From Patescibacteria group bacterium (GTDB lineage Bacteria > Patescibacteriota > UBA1384 > XYA2-FULL-43-10 > 1-14-0-10-43-13): 64,000 bases of DNA. Within the stretch, counting starts at the first letter, position 1, and each line of letters begins with the position of its first letter. A model generated the notes under the pieces. It did not search any database. It was not told where the DNA came from and saw only the letters and a program-made list of their open reading frames with translations. The position numbers were made by a program, and so were the translations under genes. The stretch lies in the NCBI GenBank assembly GCA_041671645.1, contig JBAZBD010000001.1:21561-85560 (forward strand). The letters run 5' to 3'. This document shows positions 40,997-51,551 of this stretch, piece after piece.

Positions 40997-41343
40997 TGGT
41001 CATCATCGCCAAAATACTTTCCATGGTGATAGGGATAGTAGTCATCACCAAAACATTCCATGATTTTCGGAAGAAAAAAGAGAACCTCATAATGTCCCTC
41101 TTCTGGATATTTACCTGGCTGGCAGTGATGGTTCTGGCTATCTTCCCGCCGATCATCGACGAGATAAACCGTGCGATTGGCGGAAACGACTCCGGACTCA
41201 ACACTTTCTTCGGGGCTGCCTTCGTCTTCTTGTTCTTCGTAACATACAGAATATATATCAAGGCCCACCGTCTCGAGAGACAAATACACAGGATGGTGAT
41301 GAAGATCGGTCTCAAAGATTTTGAGAAACAGGAAGAAGAATGA
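40996..41343 (+). CDS. DUF2304-family small membrane protein (GT2 partner)
   Basis: 115 aa with 2-3 TM helices, immediately downstream of a GtrB-like GT2 gene, which is the typical pairing. Confidence 0.55.
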   Translation: MVIIAKILSMVIGIVVITKTFHDFRKKKENLIMSLFWIFTWLAVMVLAIFPPIIDEINRAIGGNDSGLNTFFGAAFVFLFFVTYRIYIKAHRLERQIHRMVMKIGLKDFEKQEEE

Positions 41344-42353
41344 TTTCGGTAATTATCGTCGGCTATAATAGCAAGAAACATCTTCGAGACTGCCTGGAAA
41401 GTCTGTTCGCCTCCAAATACAAGAAATTTGAGGTGATCTTCGTCGATAACAACTCGCAGGATGGATCGATAAATTATATCGAAAAAGAATATCCTCGTGT
41501 TAAGTTAATTCAGGGCAAGAAGAACTTAGGATTTGCAGGCGGAAATAATCTAGGCATTGATACGGCAGTCAAGAACAAGTCTGAATATGTTTTCCTGCTG
41601 AACCCCGACACGATAATCGATCCTGATTGCCTTGGACAACTTGTTGAAAAAGCCGATAGAAATACTATCCTTCAGCCTTTAATCCTCCTTCACGATGGCA
41701 AGCGTAAGACCGATTTGGTCAATTCGGCGGGAAATGTCCTGAACTTCCTTGGCTTTAGCTATTGTGGCGATTACAAAAAAAACAAATCGGAGATTGCCTC
41801 TGATAAAGATATTTCGGTCGCCAGCGGCGCCGCCATGCTTATCCCTGCTGAGATAATCAGAAAAATCGGCATGTTTGACGAGAGTTTCTTCATGTACCAC
41901 GAAGACGTAGATCTGAGCTGGCGAGCTAGAATTGCTGGTTATAATATTCGATTGATCAAAGACGCCATCGTTTGGCACAAATACTCATTTAGCAAAAACA
42001 AAAATAAGTTCTTCTATGCCGAAAGAAATCGGCTGATATTTTTATTCAAGAATTCTCAAACGAAGACTCTGTTGTTGATCCTGCCTCTGCTGCTCTTGAA
42101 CGAGATTTTTCTCTTATTGTATGCAACAATCGACGGATGGTTTATAGCCAAAATACAAAGCTCTGTTTCTTTTGTTCAAGGATTATCAAGTGTGCTGAGA
42201 GCCAGAAAAAAAATGAAGCGGGCCAAAACAGATAAGGACCTAAAGAAACATCTCAGCTCTAAGTTGAGTTTTTCCGAACTAGATTCCCCTGCTCTCCGTT
42301 GCTATAATATTTTGGTTGATAGCTACTGGAAAATAATTCTAAAATTCGTTTAA
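41340..42353 (+). CDS. Glycosyltransferase family 2
   Basis: ISVIIVGYNS...VIFVDNNSQDGS GT2 signature with the rhamnosyltransferase-like fold. Confidence 0.75.
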   Translation: MISVIIVGYNSKKHLRDCLESLFASKYKKFEVIFVDNNSQDGSINYIEKEYPRVKLIQGKKNLGFAGGNNLGIDTAVKNKSEYVFLLNPDTIIDPDCLGQLVEKADRNTILQPLILLHDGKRKTDLVNSAGNVLNFLGFSYCGDYKKNKSEIASDKDISVASGAAMLIPAEIIRKIGMFDESFFMYHEDVDLSWRARIAGYNIRLIKDAIVWHKYSFSKNKNKFFYAERNRLIFLFKNSQTKTLLLILPLLLLNEIFLLLYATIDGWFIAKIQSSVSFVQGLSSVLRARKKMKRAKTDKDLKKHLSSKLSFSELDSPALRCYNILVDSYWKIILKFV

Positions 42354-42355
42354 AT

Positions 42356-44410
42356 ATGGCAAGAAGAATAAAAAGTAAAACCTGGCTCCAGGCTAATGTT
42401 TGGAAGGGAGTCCCTCAATTCGGTCTCTTTTTTGTAGCCACCTATTGTTTGTCATGGCTGCTAAATTTTTCTTTTGGCATGACTTTGTTCGGTAGTGTAT
42501 TATTATTTTACTTTCCTGGGAAACTTCTGATAGATCTAGCGCCTTGGATCAATTTTAGCTTTGGGAGATTCGGCAACATCTCGTTAAGTATCCTGTATTC
42601 ATTTTTTATTTCCACGATTATTGGATTTTTAACTCAGTCATCATTCGAGTTCAATACGATATGGCAGATTTGGTTGATTATTATTATAAATACTTTCCTA
42701 TCGATTCTTGTTTTGCTCTTTAACCGATGGAAATTATGGAAAAAAATTATTTCTGGTGAGCTAGAACATCAAAAAAAATATACTGTGGACTGGCGTGATT
42801 ACGCGACAATCATCGCATTTGCAAGTGTAATTTTGATTACAGTGGTTGCAAACCCACTGGCGCAGGACGCTGACGGCTATTTGACACAGCTTACGCGATC
42901 AATCGCCCAGAATATCAACTTGGAGCCACGGAGGCAATTCTATATCTCGTTCCTAGGTGTTTGTGCAAAATTTTTGCGAATTGATGTACTTTTTCTGTAT
43001 AGGAATGTATTCATTGCCTTATTCCTCGGCCTATCTCTCATTTTTTATGATTATTTGAGAAAAAATATACATCCTAGATTTACTGCCATTTTGTTATACA
43101 TGTCTCTTCTGGCGCCTTCCGTGATACTCACAGAAATGAATATTATCAGACCACAAGTTGGGATGATGGTTCTGACGATTCCAGTCTTGATTCTCACCGC
43201 TGCTTCAGTCAAGACTAATAATGCCCTAGCGTCAATTGTGGCCTTCACGATTTCCGTTTTCTCAATGAAGTTTCATGAATTAGGTATCTGCCTTGTGATG
43301 ATTTCCTCATTAGCGCTTGTGATAAATTTGTCACAACTAATTTTTGTCGATAAAAAAATTCCATTTAAATACGTCATTTTAGCAATTCTTATCATTCTGC
43401 CGTATATCGAGCTCTTCCATTTAGGGCAAATCTTCGCTGGTGCTACCTTTATGATTAAATATGCGCTACATTTTTTTGATTCCGTTCATTGGAGGTGGTG
43501 GTTTATAAATAACTACCAAACGATGGACGGAGCAGAGTTGGGTTGGACTGGCATTTATGCATTATTTTATTATTTGTATAATGGGATACTGTCGCTTTTG
43601 TTAGCCGTTTATCTCTCGGTTTTTCTGCTGAAAAAAAGAATCAAAGTCAGGCCTTACATTGTATTGCCACTTGTCTATATTCTTCTTTTTTTCTTGGTCG
43701 CAGAAGTTTTGCCGAGGTTGGGCCTGTTCTTTCTGCCCAATCGAGCTTGGGTCCATTTGTCGATCGGAGTTGTTATCATGACAGCCATGCTCATCGAACG
43801 TTGTCAACAACTAGGAGAAAAGAATAAGCTTTTGAACATTGCTCTTATGATATTTATTATTATGGGTTCAGCCGCAAGCTTATATGTTTCCATAAATAAC
43901 GTCTCCATTGTTTATAAGGAAGAATTGGCAGTCGCAAGATATATCAAAAATCATACACCAGCGAATTCAATAATTTTTTCTACCCAGGGCAATGCCACCT
44001 TAATTGACCTTTACAGTAACAGATACTACCATCAGCTCATCTTTGACCATAGGGTCGATAGACTCGAATTTGATAACATATTGGATAAAAATTTACGTAA
44101 TCTTGCTAGTAATACCCCTATCGTTATCCAGCCAGAGCTCAAACAACAGATAACTACCTTAGAAGATGATACCGTTGTAAGTACGAGAACGGTCTTATTA
44201 AAAAATCGAATAATTGAGAACCCTAAAATCCAGTACGATGACAAAACTGCGGTCTATTTCCTGTATTCATATAAGAAATTAAGTGGTTTAAATGCCAAAA
44301 GATCGTATCAACAAAATTCTGATGATATATTAAATCGCGAGATATATTCCGCCTTGGGATACCCTATCGTCTATGCAGATAACGGCGGGATACTGATTAA
44401 AATCAGATAG
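42356..44410 (+). CDS. Large polytopic membrane protein of unknown function (684 aa)
   Basis: About 14 or more TM helices plus a soluble C-terminal domain of roughly 200 aa; no recognisable motif; embedded among GT genes. Confidence 0.4.
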   Translation: MARRIKSKTWLQANVWKGVPQFGLFFVATYCLSWLLNFSFGMTLFGSVLLFYFPGKLLIDLAPWINFSFGRFGNISLSILYSFFISTIIGFLTQSSFEFNTIWQIWLIIIINTFLSILVLLFNRWKLWKKIISGELEHQKKYTVDWRDYATIIAFASVILITVVANPLAQDADGYLTQLTRSIAQNINLEPRRQFYISFLGVCAKFLRIDVLFLYRNVFIALFLGLSLIFYDYLRKNIHPRFTAILLYMSLLAPSVILTEMNIIRPQVGMMVLTIPVLILTAASVKTNNALASIVAFTISVFSMKFHELGICLVMISSLALVINLSQLIFVDKKIPFKYVILAILIILPYIELFHLGQIFAGATFMIKYALHFFDSVHWRWWFINNYQTMDGAELGWTGIYALFYYLYNGILSLLLAVYLSVFLLKKRIKVRPYIVLPLVYILLFFLVAEVLPRLGLFFLPNRAWVHLSIGVVIMTAMLIERCQQLGEKNKLLNIALMIFIIMGSAASLYVSINNVSIVYKEELAVARYIKNHTPANSIIFSTQGNATLIDLYSNRYYHQLIFDHRVDRLEFDNILDKNLRNLASNTPIVIQPELKQQITTLEDDTVVSTRTVLLKNRIIENPKIQYDDKTAVYFLYSYKKLSGLNAKRSYQQNSDDILNREIYSALGYPIVYADNGGILIKIR

Positions 44411-44417
44411 GAACCAA

Positions 44418-45464
44418 CTAGTTGAGATGTTTTAGTAATTTGATCAACTTCTCAAATGATTTTGACCATGAATAGCTCCCCGCTGTCTCCAGGCCATTAT
44501 CGATTAACTTTTTACAAAGTTTAGAATCAGCCAAAATTTTCTTAATAGCGGAGGTTGTTTCTTCCGGTCTATTTACCGCGGTGACAATGCAATTTTCCTT
44601 ATTCTTCGCATATTCTCTGGCTCCGACAGTGTCAGTCAAAACCACAGGGGCACCTGACGCCATCGCCTCAAGTGCTGGTAAACCGAAGCTTTCTCCTAGG
44701 CTAGTATTCACGTAGATCAGTGCCCTACTATAGATCTCTGCAAGCTGTTCCCTATCTTTGTATTTTATAAATTCTATTCCGTTCACAATTCTGTCTTCAA
44801 CTGTCGGGGATACTACCTTCGCTTTAATCTCGGGGGAATCTCTTTTGATAATTCTATAAGCTTCCTTAAAAATATGGAAGCCCTTCGGTCTTTGCGGTCG
44901 GCCAACGAAGAGAAGATAATTATCCCTTTTAAGGGAACTCTGATGGAATTCAGGATCAATGCCGTTCTTTACCACCACTGATTTGACCTTGGAAACGCTT
45001 CTCAGGGCTTTTTCTGAGCTATCCGAGACACATACTGCAAGAGCAATGTTTTCAGTGATTTTTTTGTTCCCAAGCATCCGTTTGATAAAAGGGCCGGCCC
45101 AAACCATCTCAAAGAAATCTTGAAAAAGAAAAACAATTTTTGCTTCGAGTTTTTTTTGCTTTTTGGCTTTGATGATTGCCGGTAGCAAAGGAGTATAGAT
45201 CGGAATTAGAAAATCGCACTCTGAAATTAACCCAATTATTTGTTTGAAATAAATTTTCTGGAGAAGAAAGAAATCAACATACCTGATCGGAAAAGATTTA
45301 TATTGTTTGAGCGTAATTCTCCTGTCGATATCAAAAAGAGTTTGGCGGTCAGCAGAGATAATTGTAACCTCGTGGCCACTCTCGGCCAGGAAGTTTGCAT
45401 ACCTGAGCATGACCAAATTACCACCATGCATCTCTAAATTGGGGGTCAGGAAGGTAATTTTCAT
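44418..45464 (-). CDS. Glycosyltransferase family 4
   Basis: GESFGLPALEAMASGAPVV motif in a GT-B fold. Internal start MKITFLTPNLEMHGG is preferred. Confidence 0.75.
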   Translation of the reverse strand: MKITFLTPNLEMHGGNLVMLRYANFLAESGHEVTIISADRQTLFDIDRRITLKQYKSFPIRYVDFFLLQKIYFKQIIGLISECDFLIPIYTPLLPAIIKAKKQKKLEAKIVFLFQDFFEMVWAGPFIKRMLGNKKITENIALAVCVSDSSEKALRSVSKVKSVVVKNGIDPEFHQSSLKRDNYLLFVGRPQRPKGFHIFKEAYRIIKRDSPEIKAKVVSPTVEDRIVNGIEFIKYKDREQLAEIYSRALIYVNTSLGESFGLPALEAMASGAPVVLTDTVGAREYAKNKENCIVTAVNRPEETTSAIKKILADSKLCKKLIDNGLETAGSYSWSKSFEKLIKLLKHLN

Positions 45465-46429
45465 TTCAGTTTGTCCGTCATCTTTTTTCTCATCGACATC
45501 AGCAGCTTTATCCACGGTCCGTTAAAGACAACAAACGCAAAGATTGAAGTGAACAAATAGGGCACAAAAGCAACAAGCCAATAGTTATTCTCTCGGTAAT
45601 AACTCCAAAGAATTTTATTCATTTCCTCTCGAGACAAGCAATCCTTGATACCCGACTCATCCTCCACAAACTTACGCTGTTCCCTGCTGATCACATGGGT
45701 GGGTCCGGTTGAGAATAAGTCTCTTGTCCTCTTGCCATACTCAAGTTTGTCGATAACGGTAAATTTTCCGACATTAACATCACGCATTCCCTTATTTACT
45801 AAGACTGGTGATTTTCCAGTCAAGAAGAACGGAACCCCGAGATCCACAGCGTTAAGAAGATAGGTACCAACATCGTTGGAGGTGGCATACTTATGACTCG
45901 AAAGTATCCTATAAAAATTTCTGACAAAATCTTGGCTATTCGAAATCCTCGGCCCAGCCGATGTAACGCTAAAGCCTTCATTCCGATAAATATCAGCGCT
46001 CTTGTCAATAAAATCCAACCAGAAGAGGCAGATGGTGACCGGCTGGAATTCAGCCGGAAGAGTTTTAAGCTCCTTACAATATTCCTTGATATTAAAGTCG
46101 CTTTTTAGGAAATAAGTTGAATGACTCGGGAAAACAACTGTCCCCTTTGCGTCAGATTTTATGGTAATTTTGTGGGCATTTTTGTAATGGATGTATGGAG
46201 ACCCCATTACATACGCCGGAATTTTGCTTTTCTTGCGCCAAGCCAAGACCATCCGTTTATTGAAAAGAAAAACACAGGGTTTATCAGTGCTAAGGTCGCT
46301 CACTGCCGGCTCCAAGAGAATGCTCCACCCGTGGTCGATATGACAGGGTAACGGCAGAAACCGTGGAAAGCGAGCGTAGTCTTTCAAAACTTGGTTAAAA
46401 CCGTAATTTCTGCCCTCTGTATATTGCAT
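45461..46429 (-). CDS. Hypothetical protein in the glycan locus (322 aa)
   Basis: No confident domain call; a C-terminal hydrophobic helix; translationally coupled to the downstream GT4 gene. Confidence 0.35.
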   Translation of the reverse strand: MQYTEGRNYGFNQVLKDYARFPRFLPLPCHIDHGWSILLEPAVSDLSTDKPCVFLFNKRMVLAWRKKSKIPAYVMGSPYIHYKNAHKITIKSDAKGTVVFPSHSTYFLKSDFNIKEYCKELKTLPAEFQPVTICLFWLDFIDKSADIYRNEGFSVTSAGPRISNSQDFVRNFYRILSSHKYATSNDVGTYLLNAVDLGVPFFLTGKSPVLVNKGMRDVNVGKFTVIDKLEYGKRTRDLFSTGPTHVISREQRKFVEDESGIKDCLSREEMNKILWSYYRENNYWLVAFVPYLFTSIFAFVVFNGPWIKLLMSMRKKMTDKLK

Positions 46430-46483
46430 AGGTGTCCTAGCGTTAAAAACAACTGTTTAGTAAAACCCATTCCGGCCTAAAGC

Positions 46484-47437
46484 CTAGACCGACGGTTTGA
46501 AGGTCGTAACAAAATATGGTTTAAGTTCCGGATTAAAGCTGAGCTTAAAGTCTCCTCTGTTTGGAGAATTTGCCCCGACAAAATCGACCTCGCTGAGCTT
46601 TTTATCCATTGCATCACGTACAGCATCAGCCAACAATAATGTGCCTGCGTTTAGATTGCGATAATCCGGATGATTTGCCCCGAATAAGTAGAAACCGGAT
46701 CGGTCATCAAAGATAAATAGATTGGCGGCAACCGGCACGCCGTCGACTTTGACACAGGTGAGTCTGCCATAGTGATTATCGAGGGCGCTCTTTGTGATAC
46801 TTCTCAAAAGAAGCGACTCTTTTTCATCACGCTCGATACCTTGGCGCTTAAAGGTTTTATCATGCAGGTCATCCAAAACCATTTCATCGTCAATTTCCTC
46901 GATCTTCAAATTCTCAAAAGCTTTCTTGATCTCCTGCCTTCTTACTTTTCGAATCGTGCCCAGATACTCATCAAAGCTTTCATGCTTCCGGAGATCCAAG
47001 ACGGCTGAATATCTCAACACCAGATTGTATACTCCCTTCTCCGGCTCATGATAATTGAACCATTGAAACGGCCGCATATCAACAAGGCGCCAAGAATGAC
47101 ACAGACACAATTGCCCATAGTGTTCAGTGCACTCAGCGATTAAGAATTCAGTAACCTTAAATTCCAGCGACTGTCGGCGATGTGGCTCCAAAGCTGAATT
47201 ATCAGCAAGCGACAAGCCCTGATACTCGGTGAAGGGAAATACGCCGGAGATAGGACCATCATCGCCAAATAGCACAACCAGACCGGCAACGATCTTATTG
47301 TCCTCGGCACAAGTAACAAGCTCGTATTTTGTATTTAAAGAATTTAAAAACTTTGTCGACACAAATACGCTTCTTTGTGGCGAACTATGGACAAATTCAT
47401 CCCAAAGCTCGGCACTCTCTCCGAATTTTATCTCCAT
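46484..47437 (-). CDS. FemAB-like / BioF2-like GNAT acyltransferase (Acetyltransf_6 type)
   Basis: 317 aa with the composition and length of the FemAB-type GNAT fold (LFIFDDRSGFYLFGA); located in the aminosugar module. Confidence 0.5.
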   Translation of the reverse strand: MEIKFGESAELWDEFVHSSPQRSVFVSTKFLNSLNTKYELVTCAEDNKIVAGLVVLFGDDGPISGVFPFTEYQGLSLADNSALEPHRRQSLEFKVTEFLIAECTEHYGQLCLCHSWRLVDMRPFQWFNYHEPEKGVYNLVLRYSAVLDLRKHESFDEYLGTIRKVRRQEIKKAFENLKIEEIDDEMVLDDLHDKTFKRQGIERDEKESLLLRSITKSALDNHYGRLTCVKVDGVPVAANLFIFDDRSGFYLFGANHPDYRNLNAGTLLLADAVRDAMDKKLSEVDFVGANSPNRGDFKLSFNPELKPYFVTTFKPSV

Positions 47438-47449
47438 ACTATACTCTCG

Positions 47450-48757
47450 CTAATTAGTTAACTGGCCTCTATTCTCCCAGACTTTTTTGAATGCGTTCGC
47501 CACATCATCCAGATCATCCCTCGTCATCGGCGGTCGCATTAATTCATGAGTTACCAGTAATTCGTAATGCATTTTTTCAGTGACCGGACAGATGCCTTTT
47601 TGATAAGAAACGTCATCATTATAAAAAGCACACTTCCATGGGCAGCCTTTGTCGCCATACGCTATTTTTTGCTGAAAAATCGGCTGGAGGTAGAGTGGCT
47701 TCACATAGCCTGTCCCTATTTTCACCCCCTCAGTTTCCCTCAGTTCTATGGGAGCCAGCTCTGCCTTGACGGCTTCAATAAATTTTTCTCTAGTGACTCC
47801 GGCTTTTGCCTCATCAAATTTAATCGCGTGCAGGTAAAAAACATGTTCGCTCTCCGGCCTGACCTTCGCAACCTCAAGACAGGGGATCTGATTTAGTTTA
47901 TCATTGAGATAATTAACGTTGTCAATTCGATCTTTTATCAGCCCAGCTAACTTTCTAAGTTGTACTTGAGCAATCGCTGCCTCAATCTCAGTCATCCGGA
48001 GATTGAAGCCGACCATATTTACTAAATCGCCGACACCTTTATTCTCAACAACGGCTTCAGCGTGGTTCCTTATTAGCCTGATCTTTTCGGCAAGGTCGTC
48101 ATCATCGGTCACGACGATACCGCCCTCACCAGTATGAATATGTTTATGGTAGTTCAGCGAGTAAACACCGATATCTCCGAGAGTACCGGCCCATCTCCCT
48201 TTATATTTAGCTCCTGGAGCCTGGGCACAATCCTCGATAACCAGCAGATGATGTTTCTTTGCGATTGCATTGATCTTATCAGCGTCATACGGTTGGCCGA
48301 ATATGTCGACTACAATAATTGCCTTTGTTTGTTTAGTAATTTTTGCCTCAATCGATTCGGGAGACAGACAAAAGTAGTCCTCCTCAATATCGGCAAAGAC
48401 TGGAATAGAATTAAAAATCAGAGGAGCAGTTGCAGAAGCTGACATCGTATAAGGCGAAACGATAACTTCGTCCCCTGGTCCGGCGCCAACGGCGCCAACG
48501 GCACAATAGAGTCCGGAGGTAGCAGAGTTAACTGAAATTGCATGTTTTACGTTAAAATATTTTGCCCATTTTTCCTCTAGCGCACGTACTTCTGGCCCGC
48601 CATAAAAATCCTCATGCCATGCTCCTAGAAATTTGGATAACACGCCGGACTCAATAACTTTTTTAGTTATCTCAGTCTCTTCTTGCCCCAGAACTCTATA
48701 TGCAGGAAAACTTTTGGCTCTGGTCTTCTCGCCACCGTTAATCGCTAATTTTGGCAT
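47450..48757 (-). CDS. DegT/DnrJ/EryC1/StrS-family PLP-dependent sugar aminotransferase
   Basis: AAT-I fold with the PLP lysine region (VYSLNYHKHIHTGEGG) and the N-terminal L..K..E....A..FN..HAI.VNSATSGL motif. Confidence 0.8.
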   Translation of the reverse strand: MPKLAINGGEKTRAKSFPAYRVLGQEETEITKKVIESGVLSKFLGAWHEDFYGGPEVRALEEKWAKYFNVKHAISVNSATSGLYCAVGAVGAGPGDEVIVSPYTMSASATAPLIFNSIPVFADIEEDYFCLSPESIEAKITKQTKAIIVVDIFGQPYDADKINAIAKKHHLLVIEDCAQAPGAKYKGRWAGTLGDIGVYSLNYHKHIHTGEGGIVVTDDDDLAEKIRLIRNHAEAVVENKGVGDLVNMVGFNLRMTEIEAAIAQVQLRKLAGLIKDRIDNVNYLNDKLNQIPCLEVAKVRPESEHVFYLHAIKFDEAKAGVTREKFIEAVKAELAPIELRETEGVKIGTGYVKPLYLQPIFQQKIAYGDKGCPWKCAFYNDDVSYQKGICPVTEKMHYELLVTHELMRPPMTRDDLDDVANAFKKVWENRGQLTN

Positions 48758-49878
48758 AAACTCTGCTCCATATAATCAATTACTCTTTTCACCGGATCTT
48801 TTATTAATTTGAATTCAGCCATCTTCTCTCTTCCGCCGTTTATAGCCGATTTGATCCGGAAATTCAGGGTTCCTTGGTCTAAAATACTTCTCATTAGCCC
48901 AATCCGGTCCAGAACGAAGGGATTGTCCCCTTTGAGCCCGATCTGGATGCTGATCGTCGGTTTACCTAAAATATAAGATTCCAACAGGAACATCGAAGAC
49001 ATCCCACACACAAGATCTGATATTTTTATTAAATCTTGGGAGCAAGAATCCCGATCCAAATATACTTTTATATTATCGCTCTTCAGCTTATTGATCAACC
49101 CATCATAATAGCTTTCGTCCTCTTTGGGGTGAAGTTTTATTATCAGAGAAATTTTAAAGTTTTTCTTAACGTCCTCTATATCAGACAACGCTTCGTGCAA
49201 GCTACAAAATGTCGTGATTTCGTCATAACCAAAGTGTTCCCTAGCATCGCCATATATTTTTCTGATCGGCTCTGAAGCGTAGGTCACAACATAATTGGAG
49301 TGAGAAAGACGATATTTCTTTCTGATCTTTTCCAAAGCATGAGTATCAAATTCTCTATTCTTTAAATACTCGAAGTACGGCTGTCCAGAGACTAAAATCC
49401 GATCTACGGGCAATCCGGCCAAAATCGCCTCACTTTTAGCCAGCTCATCCATCACCAATATCTTTGATGGCAGATACTCATGCTGAGGGTTCTTCTTATA
49501 TTTATCGACATTAGAAACGCCCCATTTTGAAAAACGGATTCCGTAATTTACCCACTGATCCAGAATCGCAAATGAGGGAATGTCCATAATCATGGCCGAT
49601 GACCAAAGATATTTTTCCGTCATATCATCGGCGCTCGTACCGGTAATGATAAAATCTGGTTTTTGGATGAGAAGAAACCCCTTGATCTCTTTTGGACTTA
49701 TTTCTTTGATCTCTTCGGCGATCGGCAAAGCGTGGATTCCGTTTTGGTTAAAACGAGTCATCGCGACATCCTTGCCGAATACTACAACCTTATATCCCCT
49801 CTGTTTCAATGGTTCAAAAAGAGGAATAACCGTGTTAGCTCCGCCGGGATCTCTGGCAAACAGAAGAATTTTCTTCAC
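48745..49878 (-). CDS. Hypothetical GT-B/Rossmann-like protein (possible nucleotide-sugar hydrolase or epimerase)
   Basis: N-terminal KKILLFARDPGGANTVIPL resembles the first beta-strand-Gly-loop of GT-B-fold NeuC/PseG-like enzymes; the assignment is weak. Confidence 0.3.
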   Translation of the reverse strand: MKKILLFARDPGGANTVIPLFEPLKQRGYKVVVFGKDVAMTRFNQNGIHALPIAEEIKEISPKEIKGFLLIQKPDFIITGTSADDMTEKYLWSSAMIMDIPSFAILDQWVNYGIRFSKWGVSNVDKYKKNPQHEYLPSKILVMDELAKSEAILAGLPVDRILVSGQPYFEYLKNREFDTHALEKIRKKYRLSHSNYVVTYASEPIRKIYGDAREHFGYDEITTFCSLHEALSDIEDVKKNFKISLIIKLHPKEDESYYDGLINKLKSDNIKVYLDRDSCSQDLIKISDLVCGMSSMFLLESYILGKPTISIQIGLKGDNPFVLDRIGLMRSILDQGTLNFRIKSAINGGREKMAEFKLIKDPVKRVIDYMEQSLCQN

Positions 49879-49880
49879 CC

Positions 49881-50834
49881 TTACGATCCCTTCATATTAA
49901 TAGCCGTTTCTAGATCAGCAATGGCCTCTTTGGCTGAGCACAGAAGCGTTTCTTTTTTTGTTAAATGTGAGAATATGTTATCGGCGGCAAAGTATATAGA
50001 CCTATTTAGCGAAGTCTTGAGGTTGTTCTCCTTCACTAGGTATTTATAACCTTCGAACTCATCGCTCTTCTCTACCCGCCAAATCTCAACATCATTTCCT
50101 GAATTGCGTATCTGAATTCTACCGCTAGCAAAAAGGAGTTCCAGTTCGAAGATTGTATAGTTTTTCGAGCCTATCGCCAAGAATGCAACATTGCCTGAGT
50201 TTATCTTCAGAATACCACTCACCGATGGATCGTCAGTAGAAAAATCATTCTCTCTCGCAAAAGGTTCAAACGCACCGGCTTCCCCCAAAAACATCCGAAG
50301 AAGATCGACCATATGCGAGCCATTATGCATAACGCCCTTACCATAGTAAGCCGTACCACAGATAAAGTTACCATATTCGCCTGCCTTAACAGCCTCGGCC
50401 AAATTTATTAGTTCCGGGACAAACCGCCTAGAATAGTTGACCTGCAAGGCGATACTGCGCTCCTCACAGATTTTTACAATCTCCACGGCCTCTAGTAACG
50501 TTTTGGTAATTGGCTTCTCAGCAAAGATAGCCTTGATCGACTTGGTCATCAATGATTTTAGAATCTCCGCATGGAAATCGTCTGGCACGCAAACGCTGAC
50601 AACATCAATGGATTCTGATGAAAATGCTTCGTCAATATCCTTAAAACTACGACATCCCCACGCCTTGGCTGCTTTCGTGCCCCTCTCAGTGTCATTATCG
50701 ACAAAACCAACCAGCTTAAAACCAGGATGTTCGGTATAAGCGTGAGCGTGTGTGATGATGTTTTTGCTGTTGGGAGTATCAAAATACGCTCCAATTTTCC
50801 CAGCTCCAACAATTAAAGCTTTAAGTTTGTCCAT
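49881..50834 (-). CDS. Gfo/Idh/MocA-family NAD(P)-dependent sugar oxidoreductase
   Basis: N-terminal Rossmann GAGKIG motif followed by the Gfo/Idh/MocA C-terminal domain. Confidence 0.75.
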   Translation of the reverse strand: MDKLKALIVGAGKIGAYFDTPNSKNIITHAHAYTEHPGFKLVGFVDNDTERGTKAAKAWGCRSFKDIDEAFSSESIDVVSVCVPDDFHAEILKSLMTKSIKAIFAEKPITKTLLEAVEIVKICEERSIALQVNYSRRFVPELINLAEAVKAGEYGNFICGTAYYGKGVMHNGSHMVDLLRMFLGEAGAFEPFARENDFSTDDPSVSGILKINSGNVAFLAIGSKNYTIFELELLFASGRIQIRNSGNDVEIWRVEKSDEFEGYKYLVKENNLKTSLNRSIYFAADNIFSHLTKKETLLCSAKEAIADLETAINMKGS

Positions 50835-51528
50835 TATTTTCCAAAATTTTGTACTTCATCTCGGCGATCTTCCAGTCCTCCAGGGTGTCGATATCCTGAA
50901 CCTCTGATTCAGGTATCTCTACGGGGACAGCATCATCAAGAAATGATTTCTTCTGAGCCAAAAATTTTTCTGTATTATACCAGTAAAACTGGCCACTATC
51001 GTGGTAGGACGATTCCAGATCCTGCGAGTGTTTATGCATATTCTCTGGCCAAATCATTTTTAAGCGGTCCTTTTCAATTTGGAAAGCTCGCTGGATCGGA
51101 AAGCTATATTTTACGACTGCCACAACCTGATCAGCGTGATTTTCCCTTAATTTCTGAAAGCCTAATTTCAATCTTTCAGCATTTATAAACGGTGCGGTCG
51201 ACAAAATCACGCAGAAATTGTCAAAAGATTTGCCCTCCTTCTCATATCTCTTGATCACTTCCTCAAAAACATCAATGAGGTTGGCCTTGCTGTCAGAGTT
51301 CTCCCGACTTCGTAAAAAAGGAACCTTGGCGCCTGATCTTCGTGAAATCTCTGCAATCTCTTCGTCATCTGTCGAGACCATTACCTCGTCAAAACAGCCA
51401 CACTTTACGGCAGCATCGATAGAATATTTAAGAATTGGCTGACCAAGAAAATTTTTGACATTTTTTCTCGGAACTCTCTTGCTACCACCACGGGCGGGGA
51501 TAATGGCTAATGTTTTGCTCTCCATCAT
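50821..51528 (-). CDS. pseF: Pseudaminic acid cytidylyltransferase (CMP-nonulosonate synthetase family)
   Basis: LAIIPARGGSKRVPRKN ... SFPIQRAF; close in sequence to the PseF/NeuA family. Internal start MMESK is preferred. Confidence 0.8.
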   Translation of the reverse strand: MMESKTLAIIPARGGSKRVPRKNVKNFLGQPILKYSIDAAVKCGCFDEVMVSTDDEEIAEISRRSGAKVPFLRSRENSDSKANLIDVFEEVIKRYEKEGKSFDNFCVILSTAPFINAERLKLGFQKLRENHADQVVAVVKYSFPIQRAFQIEKDRLKMIWPENMHKHSQDLESSYHDSGQFYWYNTEKFLAQKKSFLDDAVPVEIPESEVQDIDTLEDWKIAEMKYKILENNGQT

Positions 51529-51551
51529 ATAAACCTCGGTCATGATTAATT

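Noticed and set aside
48745-49878. Calling the 377-aa hypothetical protein PseG (UDP-sugar hydrolase)
   Set aside because: Only the N-terminal beta-strand/Gly-loop resembles PseG/NeuC; the length (377 vs about 275 aa) and the remaining sequence do not match well enough, so it is kept as hypothetical.
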